Shown one piece after another: positions 10,301-18,519 of a DNA stretch of 64,000 nt. The position numbers and the translations under genes are program-made. The notes below the pieces were generated by a model, which saw only the letters and a program-made list of their open reading frames with translations, was not told the origin of the DNA and ran no database searches. Position 1 is the first letter of the stretch. Each line of letters starts with the position of its first letter. The DNA comes from Diplonema japonicum (lineage: Eukaryota > Protista > Euglenozoa: Diplonemea): contig OZ025675.1 of the NCBI GenBank assembly GCA_964019335.1, forward strand, positions 496,001 to 560,000. Reading direction: 5' to 3'.

Positions 10301-12688
10301 CTATATACTAGCAGATTCCATTTCTAGATAATCGGGTGAGCCCCCTTCTGCAAGGAATTCGCTGAGTTGTACTTCCCCGCATTTCCTGTACATGTAGGCG
10401 CCGGCCACCATAGCCACGATGCATGCAGTGCCAAGTACCGCCACAAGAATCCACACCCACACTGCCACACCGTCGTCAGAACTTGGGCTGGGTGTTGGCA
10501 CGTCAGTTAAGGTAGCTCCCACGCCACCAGGAGCAGCTGTATCCGGGGATGATGTAGTTGGCGAGGTGGTGCTAGGGGATGACGTGGTGCCAGGAGACGA
10601 GGTGGTACTAGGGGATGAGGTGGTACCAGGGGATGAAGTAGTGCCGGGGGATGAGGTAGTGCCGGGGGATGAGGAAGTACCAGGAGATGAGGTGGTGCCA
10701 GTGCCTGGAGAAGCAGTCGTTGGTGCACCAGTGGTATCAGAACCAACAGGTGATGAAGTAACAGCATTTGTGCTCGGGGATGTCGTCTTAGGAGAGCTTG
10801 TGAGAGGAGCACCGGTGGCTGGGGCTGTAGTTGCAGGAGCCGATGTGTCGGGAGCAACTGTCGGAACCGCCGTGTCTGGTGCCGTGGTGGGCTCTGCGGT
10901 TGGCTCAGCAGTGGTGCCCGGCACGAGTGTGGAAGGTGCAGCAGTATCTGGGGCCGTTGTGTCTGGTGCTTTCGTGTCAGGTGACTGAGTGTCGGGTGCT
11001 GTCGTTGGCTGCCCTGTCTGCGGTGCCCCCGTTGCTGGAACAAGAGTTTTAGGCGCGCTGGTGGCTGGCACATTGGTACTTGGAGCTGCCGTCATTGGAG
11101 CACTGGTGGCAGGCGAACTAGTTCCAGGTGCGATAGTATTTGGTACATTAGTTCTTGGAGCGGTGGTAGCAGGTACACTGGGTGAACTAGTAGCTGGTGC
11201 ATTAGTCATTGGAGCGGTGGTAGCAGGTGCAGTTGTTGCCGGCGTGCTAGTAGCTGGCGCGTTGGTCTGTGGGGCTACAGTTGCTGGTGCAGTAGTGACA
11301 CTAGTTCCAGGAACGCCAGTGGCCGGTGCATTTGTCTTTGGAGCAGTGGTAGCAGGTGCATTGGTTGTCGGTATGCTGGTAATAGGTGCATTCGTCACAG
11401 GGGCGGTAGTAGTTGGTGCATTAGTCTGTGGTGCTGTAGTTGCTGGTGCATTGGTCATTGGGGTCCCAGGTGCGGTAGTAGTTGGTGCATTGGTCTGTGG
11501 TGCTGTAGTAGCTGGCGCATTCGTCTGTGGTGCCATAGTTGCTGGTGCATTGGTTATTGGGGCTGCAGGTGCGGTAGTAGTTGGTGCTGTAGTAGCTGGC
11601 GCATTGGTCATTGGAGTCCCAGGTGCGGTAGTAGTTGGTGCATTGGTCTGTGGTGCAGTCGTAGCCGGTGCATTCGTCTGTGGTGCCATAGTTGCTGGTG
11701 CATTGGTTATTGGGGCTGCAGGTGCGGTAGTAGTTGGTGCATTTGTTGTTGGTGCACTCGTAACGGGTGCGGAAGTTATAGGCGCACTTGTTCCTGGTGC
11801 ATTCGTCGCTGGCGCTGTGGTTACCGGTGCACTGGTTGCTGGTGCTCCTGTTGCAGGCACGTCCGTTTTGGGAGAACCGGTAGCAGGTGCATCAGTAGTG
11901 GGTGCTCCTGTTGCTGGTGAGCTGGTTGCAGGTGCACGTGTCACTGGTGGGCTTCCAGCTTTCCCGAAGTTCGTGCCGAAGTCCCACGACCCTGTGTCCT
12001 TCGAGGGGTCAGTGATGAGGTCGTCAGCAACAAGAACCTCGCCTTCAATATCTGTGAGCTCCACAGTGATGGGTGCCGTGTACGGCTTCATCCCACCACA
12101 CTCAAAGAATGCCCCACCCTTCAGTGGGCAGTCATTCCATGTGCTGCTCCCGCTGGACTTGATCCTCGCCTTCACGACCTGCCCTGTCTCCGCCACATCC
12201 CACACAAAGAAGGCATACCACCACTCGGTGGTCCCGGGTTTAGGGACAATTTGTACATTCTTCCCTTCGCTGTTGTACGTGCAAGCCACCTGTCGGAACC
12301 TGACCGCCATGTTCCCACAGTCGTTCTGCAGGATGGCGGCCCTTGCTGCCGGGTTCAGGTCGAAGTGCGGGGTGTTGTGGTCCCGTGTGCAGCATGAGCT
12401 GTCCGCCTGCAGCACAACAGAAGTCGCCTTGCATTCGCACAGTTCAGTTGTCCAGCTCGGGTTCCCAGTGCACTCCACCTCATAACACACACCGCACGCT
12501 TTGCTATCGTCGTACAGCGTGTAGTCGATGGCTGCGTACATCCCGAAAGGGAAGCTTGCGGTCACCTCCTTCGGGAACTCACAGGACCCACCTCCGTTTG
12601 GAACCCCTGTGTACCAGGTGGCGTACCCGACTTCCCATGACCCGGGCAGGGCCTGCGTCACAGTACTTAAAAGCAGAACAGCAAGCAT
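10301..12688 (-). CDS. Membrane-anchored expansin-like protein, copy 3 (head type B, ~495-aa Thr/Ala/Pro mucin-like stalk)
   Basis: Expansin head, TxAPx pentapeptide repeats, TTSSPG hexapeptide repeats, TM helix VAVWVWILVAVLGTACIVAMVAGAY and a short tail. Confidence 0.9.
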   Translation of the reverse strand: MLAVLLLSTVTQALPGSWEVGYATWYTGVPNGGGSCEFPKEVTASFPFGMYAAIDYTLYDDSKACGVCYEVECTGNPSWTTELCECKATSVVLQADSSCCTRDHNTPHFDLNPAARAAILQNDCGNMAVRFRQVACTYNSEGKNVQIVPKPGTTEWWYAFFVWDVAETGQVVKARIKSSGSSTWNDCPLKGGAFFECGGMKPYTAPITVELTDIEGEVLVADDLITDPSKDTGSWDFGTNFGKAGSPPVTRAPATSSPATGAPTTDAPATGSPKTDVPATGAPATSAPVTTAPATNAPGTSAPITSAPVTSAPTTNAPTTTAPAAPITNAPATMAPQTNAPATTAPQTNAPTTTAPGTPMTNAPATTAPTTTAPAAPITNAPATMAPQTNAPATTAPQTNAPTTTAPGTPMTNAPATTAPQTNAPTTTAPVTNAPITSIPTTNAPATTAPKTNAPATGVPGTSVTTAPATVAPQTNAPATSTPATTAPATTAPMTNAPATSSPSVPATTAPRTNVPNTIAPGTSSPATSAPMTAAPSTNVPATSAPKTLVPATGAPQTGQPTTAPDTQSPDTKAPDTTAPDTAAPSTLVPGTTAEPTAEPTTAPDTAVPTVAPDTSAPATTAPATGAPLTSSPKTTSPSTNAVTSSPVGSDTTGAPTTASPGTGTTSSPGTSSSPGTTSSPGTTSSPGTTSSPSTTSSPGTTSSPSTTSPTTSSPDTAAPGGVGATLTDVPTPSPSSDDGVAVWVWILVAVLGTACIVAMVAGAYMYRKCGEVQLSEFLAEGGSPDYLEMESASI

Positions 12689-12899
12689 TTTCTTACTATT
12701 CTTTTTTGTATAACCTGAAAGTTAAACAAAGGAATGACTACAGGGAAAACACAATGTATAATCTCCTTCCTCGTTAGAATTCAAGGGGAGGACATGGATA
12801 AGGAGGAACATATGGACAAAAGCCAGGTGTTCCATTAACGTCTTAACAGTTACACTGATAACGCAACACAGAAAAAAGAGAGGAACCAGTAAAATGCCC

Positions 12900-12944
12900 C
12901 CACACGACAGGCCGTGTCAGTGGCGCGTGTCACTCGCGTGACGT
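12900..12944 (-). promoter_or_regulatory. Conserved double-hairpin 3'UTR element (expansin copy 4)
   Basis: Identical to 10243-10287. Confidence 0.6.
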
Positions 12945-12952
12945 CGCTTGGC

Positions 12953-14407
12953 TTATAAGTTGGCAGGTTCCATTTCTTTGTAAGGTTCGGGTAAGTTATT
13001 CTCATCGCCAATGAAGGAGTTCATGTTAACTCTCTTTCCACCGTTTTTGTATCTGTAGGCGCCGCCGGCCACCATAGCCACGATGCATGCAGTGCCAAGT
13101 ACCGCCACAAGAATCCACACCCACACTGCCACACCGTCGTCAGAACTTGGGCTGGGTGTTGGCACAGCTGTAGGCGTACCTCCGGGAGAAGCTGTTCCAG
13201 TGGATGAGGTGGTGCCCGGAGAAGCTGTACTTGGGGATGAGGAAGTACCAGGAGATGAGGTGGTGCCAGTGCCTGGAGAAGCAGTCGTTGGTGCACCAGT
13301 GGTATCAGAACCAACAGGTGATGAAGTAACAGCATTTGTGCTCGGGGATGTCGTCTTAGGAGAGCTTGTGAGAGGAGCACCGGTGGCTGGGGCTGTAGTT
13401 GCAGGAGCCGATGTGTCGGGAGCAACTGTCGGAACCGCCGTGTCTGGTGCCGTGGTGGGCTCTGCGGTTGGCTCAGCAGTGGTGCCCGGCACGAGTGTGG
13501 AAGGTGCAGCAGTATCTGGGGCCGTTGTGTCTGGTGCTTTCGTGTCAGGTGACTGAGTGTCGGGTGCTGTCGTTGGCTGCCCTGTCTGCGGTGCATCAGT
13601 GGAGGGTGTAGTTGTAACCGGTGCTCCTGTTGCTGGTGAGCTGGTTGCAGGTGCACTTGTCACTGGTGGGCTTCCAGCTTTCCCGAAGTTCGTGCCGAAG
13701 TCCCACGACCCTGTGTCCTTCGAGGGGTCAGTGATGAGGTCGTCAGCAACAAGAACCTCGCCTTCAATATCTGTGAGCTCCACAGTGATGGGTGCCGTGT
13801 ACGGCTTCATCCCACCACACTCAAAGAATGCCCCACCCTTCAGTGGGCAGTCATTCCATGTGCTGCTCCCGCTGGACTTGATCCTCGCCTTCACGACCTG
13901 CCCTGTCTCCGCCACATCCCACACAAAGAAGGCATACCACCACTCGGTGGTCCCGGGTTTAGGGACAATTTGTACATTCTTCCCTTCGCTGTTGTACGTG
14001 CAAGCCACCTGTCGGAACCTGACCGCCATGTTCCCACAGTCGTTCTGCAGGATGGCGGCCCTTGCTGCCGGGTTCAGGTCGAAGTGCGGGGTGTTGTGGT
14101 CCCGTGTGCAGCATGAGCTGTCCGCCTGCAGCACAACAGAAGTCGCCTTGCATTCGCACAGTTCAGTTGTCCAGCTCGGGTTCCCAGTGCACTCCACCTC
14201 ATAACACACACCGCACGCTTTGCTATCGTCGTACAGCGTGTAGTCGATGGCTGCGTACATCCCGAAAGGGAAGCTGGCGGTCACCTCCTTCGGGAACTCA
14301 CAGGACCCACCTCCGTTTGGAACCCCTGTGTACCAGGTGGCGTACCCGACTTCCCATGACCCGGGCAGGGCCTGCGTCACAGTACTAAGTAGTAGAACAG
14401 CAAGCAT
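12953..14407 (-). CDS. Membrane-anchored expansin-like protein, copy 4 (head type B, ~180-aa stalk)
   Basis: Start set at the ATG of MLAVLLLS (14407) by homology to the paralogs. Same domain order as the other copies. Confidence 0.9.
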   Translation of the reverse strand: MLAVLLLSTVTQALPGSWEVGYATWYTGVPNGGGSCEFPKEVTASFPFGMYAAIDYTLYDDSKACGVCYEVECTGNPSWTTELCECKATSVVLQADSSCCTRDHNTPHFDLNPAARAAILQNDCGNMAVRFRQVACTYNSEGKNVQIVPKPGTTEWWYAFFVWDVAETGQVVKARIKSSGSSTWNDCPLKGGAFFECGGMKPYTAPITVELTDIEGEVLVADDLITDPSKDTGSWDFGTNFGKAGSPPVTSAPATSSPATGAPVTTTPSTDAPQTGQPTTAPDTQSPDTKAPDTTAPDTAAPSTLVPGTTAEPTAEPTTAPDTAVPTVAPDTSAPATTAPATGAPLTSSPKTTSPSTNAVTSSPVGSDTTGAPTTASPGTGTTSSPGTSSSPSTASPGTTSSTGTASPGGTPTAVPTPSPSSDDGVAVWVWILVAVLGTACIVAMVAGGAYRYKNGGKRVNMNSFIGDENNLPEPYKEMEPANL

Positions 14408-14669
14408 AAGTATTTTGTATAACCTGAAAGTTACAAAAAAGGAACAAAAGTATGAGAAAAAGGGAAAAGCTTTAGAGAGAGCTTTAAAGATTTTATCATA
14501 TTCCTTGTTACTGCTAAGGGGGAGGAAGTACAAAATAAAAGAAATGGGACGTTGAAGGGATACCTGCAGCATGTGACAGGTTGTCCGAAAAAAGTAAAAA
14601 AGTTAGAAAGATGTACTAAATAAATGCCTAAATGGCTATATTGTGGAAGAGAAAGGACTACTAAAAATG

Positions 14670-14714
14670 CCACACGACAAGCCGTGTCAGTGGCGCGTGT
14701 CACTCGCGTGACGT
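14670..14714 (-). promoter_or_regulatory. Conserved double-hairpin 3'UTR element (expansin copy 5)
   Basis: One substitution relative to the other copies, located in a hairpin loop. Confidence 0.6.
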
Positions 14715-14735
14715 CGCTCTTGGGCTGTTGTTCTC

Positions 14736-16175
14736 TTATAAGTTGGCAGGTTCCATTTCTTTGTAAGGTTCGGGTAAGTTATTCTCATCGCCAATGAAGG
14801 AGCTCATCTTAACCCTCCCTCCCTTTTTGTGTCTGTAGGCGCCGCCGACTACCATAGCCACGATGCATGCAGTGCCAAGTACCGCCACAAGAATCCACAC
14901 CCACACTGCCACACCGTCGTCAGAACTTGGGCTGGGTGTTGGCACAGCTGTAGGCGTACCTCCGGGAGAAGCTGTTCCAGTGGATGAGGTGGTGCCCGGA
15001 GAAGCTGTACTTGGGGATGAGGAAGTACCAGGAGATGAGGTGGTGCCAGTGCCTGGAGAAGCAGTCGTTGGTGCACCAGTGGTATCAGAACCAACAGGTG
15101 ATGAAGTAACAGCATTTGTGCTCGGGGATGTCGTCTTAGGAGAGCTTGTGAGAGGAGCACCGGTGGCTGGGGCTGTAGTTGCAGGAGCCGATGTGTCGGG
15201 AGCAACTGTCGGAACCGCCGTGTCTGGTGCCGTGGTGGGCTCTGCGGTTGGCTCAGCAGTGGTGCCCGGCACGAGTGTGGAAGGTGCAGCAGTATCTGGG
15301 GCCGTTGTGTCTGGTGCTTTCGTGTCAGGTGACTGAGTGTCGGGTGCTGTCGTTGGCTGCCCTGTCTGCGGTGCGGGTGTAGTTGTAACCGGTGCTCTTG
15401 TTGCTGGTGAGCTGGTTGCAGGTGCACTTGTCACTGGTGGGCTTCCAGCTTTCCCGAAGTTCGTGCCGAAGTCCCATGACCCTGTCTTCGAGGGGTCAGT
15501 GATGAGGTCGCCAGCAACAAGAACCTCGCCTTCAAAATCTGTGAGCTCCACAGTGATGGGTGCCGTGTACGGCTTTGGATCATCACACAGGAAGTATGCC
15601 CCGCTCTGAAGTGGGCAGTCCACCCATGTGCTGCTCCCGCTGGACTTGATCCTCGCCTTCACGACCTGCCCCGTCCCTGCCACATCCCACACAAAGAAGC
15701 CGTACCACCACACTGATGTCCCGGGTTTAGGGACAATCTGTATATTCTTCTTCTCGCTGTTGTACGGGCAAGCCACCTGTCGGAACCTGACCGCCATGAT
15801 CCCACAGTCGTTCTGCAGGATGGCGGCCCTTGCTGCCGGGTTCAGGTCGAAGTGCGGGGTGTTGTGGTCCCGTGTGCAGCATGAGTTGTCCGCCTGCAGC
15901 ACAACAGAGGTCGCTTTGCATTCGCACGGCTCCATCGTCCAGCCAGGCTTCCCAGTGCACTCCACCTCATAACACACACCGCACGCTTTGCTATCGTCGT
16001 ACAGCGTGTAGTCGAGTGCTGCGTACATCCCGAAAGGGAAGCTTGCGGTCACCTCCTTCGGGAACTCACAGGACCCACCTCCGCTTGCAACTCCTCCGTA
16101 CCAGGTGGCGTACCCGACCTCCCATGACCCGGGCAGGGCCTGCGTCACAGTGCTGAAGAGCAAGAGAGCCAGCAT
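14736..16175 (-). CDS. Membrane-anchored expansin-like protein, copy 5 (head type A, ~180-aa stalk)
   Basis: Start set at MLALLLFS (16175). The head matches copy 1, while the stalk and tail match copy 4. Confidence 0.9.
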   Translation of the reverse strand: MLALLLFSTVTQALPGSWEVGYATWYGGVASGGGSCEFPKEVTASFPFGMYAALDYTLYDDSKACGVCYEVECTGKPGWTMEPCECKATSVVLQADNSCCTRDHNTPHFDLNPAARAAILQNDCGIMAVRFRQVACPYNSEKKNIQIVPKPGTSVWWYGFFVWDVAGTGQVVKARIKSSGSSTWVDCPLQSGAYFLCDDPKPYTAPITVELTDFEGEVLVAGDLITDPSKTGSWDFGTNFGKAGSPPVTSAPATSSPATRAPVTTTPAPQTGQPTTAPDTQSPDTKAPDTTAPDTAAPSTLVPGTTAEPTAEPTTAPDTAVPTVAPDTSAPATTAPATGAPLTSSPKTTSPSTNAVTSSPVGSDTTGAPTTASPGTGTTSSPGTSSSPSTASPGTTSSTGTASPGGTPTAVPTPSPSSDDGVAVWVWILVAVLGTACIVAMVVGGAYRHKKGGRVKMSSFIGDENNLPEPYKEMEPANL

Positions 16176-16507
16176 TTCTTTTTTGCAACCAATAATCTGG
16201 CTGAGGAAAAAAGCTATCAAGATTTTTTGGTTTTAGCAAATAACAGAAATAAAAGTGGGGGGGGTATTCAAAAAAAAAAGAAAGAAGGAAACTATTTTCT
16301 TTTTCCATTATTTCTCTTCCTTTTCTTTTTTTTTTCTTCCCTTATATCGTGACCGAGCAAACGTAGAATTGTAAAAGAAGGGGGAGGGGGGGGGGGGGGG
16401 GGGGGACGTATATCTTAATAATAAAGAATAATAAAAAAAGAGAAAAAAAAAAAGCCCGAACGCCCAATATGAATGGGTTGGTTTTTTTTTTAAAAGGGGG
16501 GGTTTAA

Positions 16508-17173
16508 TCAAGCAGCATGCTCCATTGGCCGGGTGACTAACTTAGGCTTTCCGTTGGCCATATCAATGGTGGTTATAAACTGCTCAGGGATGGGCTTTTC
16601 TAAAGGGTCCTCCGAGGCATCTGTGTTCGAAAATGTGACGTTGACACAAGTGCACGCCGTCGCTGTGATTTCAACATCTCTGGAGTGCTCCGTTGTGTAA
16701 AGCATTAGCTCATCGTCTCGATCAAGGATGAATGAGGGCATCGGGCCGGATGCTTGAACTTCAGTTTTACGACTTTTGGAGACCTCAACGCTGGAGACCA
16801 CACCTCGTGCAAGGAGCAAGCTGAGGCCTATGCAGTCATTCACGAATACTGAGTTTACTTTATTCGAGATCTCAAGGAGAATGTGTTCGCAGTCGTTGAC
16901 TACGACGGCCTGCGTCATGTTCGCTTCGTCTAGCTTTACATGCTTCTTCTGTGCCCTGCTCCCTATGACTGATTCCACCTTCCACTGCTTCCCTTCCAGT
17001 GCGATCGTCTCCGCCTTCTTTGCTTTCGCTGTTGTTGCGTTCCTCTTCTTCTCTGCTTCCTCGGCCCGGAGCGCCTTCTTTCTCTCCAGCTCTGTGAAAT
17101 CTGTCACCTTGCCGACTTCCTAGTGTTGTGTTTTTGTGTTGTGGAAATAAAGGTGATAGGGCTTTTTTATTAT

Positions 17174-17225
<52 letters not shown>

Positions 17226-18319
17226 TCTTCTCTGTTTTTGTGCCGCTTTTCGGTGTCGCTTACCTTTCGCAGACCCTTCGTGATGTCGGTGCCTTTTTTT
17301 TTTTTTTTTCTTTTTTTCCTTTTTTTGAGCAAGTAGAGCCCTCCCCCATCCATGCAGCGCTCCCGACACCAGTGTGTGAACTGTACTGTTCATCGGGGAA
17401 TATACGCCGGACTATAGCAGGCCTTCTGGATAATTCTCGAGGGCCCGGGTATAGAGCGAGGGCCGCACCTCCCTGTAGGCCCCGCAAGAGGGGATGGGCG
17501 GGGTGCATGGGGCCAGGGTAGAGTCTGACTACCGATGGCCTTGATGACGGGAGTAATGATGAAGATGGGAAGGAAAAAAAGAAATGAAACAAGAATTCAA
17601 ACACCTTTGGCAATGTCGGCAAACAACGCAGCACGTGCCTTTGCATCATCGTCACCGGGCTTCGGTCCCTTTTTTTTATTTTATTTTTTATTTGTATTTT
17701 TTTTTTCCCCCCATTTTTTTTTTTCTTCTTCTTTCGCTGCTATAATGAAATCACGGATCCTTACGCACCGCATTTATTATGCACTGTGAAAGATTATGGG
17801 ATTTTCTTTTTTTTGGTTTTTGGAACGTTGGGAGGCATGCTTCACTGGCACGAGGCCGCGGAGGCTACTGCCGGTCCTTGTCCCCGTCCAGGCTCTCTCG
17901 CATGAGGCACCGCGGCCTAAGAACAGCTTAGGGAAGCAAAGGGTTAGGGGGTAACGGGATAAAGTTTTTCCTTTATTTCGGAACATAATGACCTTTTCCC
18001 ACAACACATGATAAACAGCAGAATACGGTAACGGAAGAAAGAAGACCCACCCACCCCGTTGCTGTAACCATACCAGTTTTTTAAAAAAATCAGCGCCAGG
18101 AGGAGGGGGAGGAGGCGGGGGCGCCTTGCCGCCCTTTGGTGCTGGGGTCTGCGGGGGTCGCTTCTTGCCCAGCGAAGCGTCTTCCTCCAAAGCTTTTACG
18201 AGAAACGAGAGAACGTCCTCAGGCTCTTCCCGCAACACGCGAAGGGCCATATCATCTAGAAGAGCGGGGACATTGCTTCGCTCTAGGTAAGCTTTCTGTT
18301 CAACAGTCCAGTCTACCAT
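16508..18319 (-). CDS. CAP: Adenylyl cyclase-associated protein (CAP/Srv2-like), two exons 18319-18074 and 17119-16508, about 285 aa
   Basis: Exon 2 encodes the CAP C-terminal CARP beta-helix (LEGKQWKVE, KVNSVFVNDC, VVSSVEV, EKPIPEQF, LVTRPMEHAA). Exon 1 encodes an RIIa/Dpy-30-like helical pair plus polyproline. A phase-0 join gives ADFFKKL|EVGKVTDFTELERKK, which is WH2-like. Confidence 0.82.
17120..18073 (-). other. 954-nt GT-AG intron of the CAP gene
   Basis: Donor GTATGG, acceptor CAACACAAAAACACAACACTAG. Removal joins both ORFs in frame. Confidence 0.75.
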
Positions 18320-18519
18320 CTTTCTTTATATCCTGTATACAAGGAAGCAAGCCAACCAACGAATCGCTTAAAAAGCTCAAACTAATACTGAGGAAAAAAA
18401 AATATATATTGGACCGGCCTGACAAAAACTCCCGGACGTGGGTTTCCTAAGGGCTTCATATACTTTTTTTGTTGTTCGTTTGTGTGTGCCGAAAAAAAAA
18501 AAGAAAAAAAAAAGAGATG

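Noticed and set aside
14408-14572. N-terminal extensions given by the ORF track for expansin 4 (also expansin 5, the cyclase, the receptor and the FN2 gene)
   Set aside because: They are low-complexity UTR translations, mostly from non-ATG starts. Paralog alignment and signal peptides indicate the downstream ATGs.
10419-15972. Long + strand ORFs (e.g. 10989-12485) overlapping the expansins
   Set aside because: These are antisense shadows of Thr/Ala/Pro repeat codons.
17330-17560. ingi/L1Tc-type HDV-ribozyme signature in the CAP intron (GCCAGGGTAGAGT)
   Set aside because: There is no complementary P1 strand at the right position on the same strand, and the similarity is too short.
17777-18073. 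3' half of ORF 17777-18319 as coding
   Set aside because: It lies past the GTATGG donor and is better explained as CAP intron sequence.
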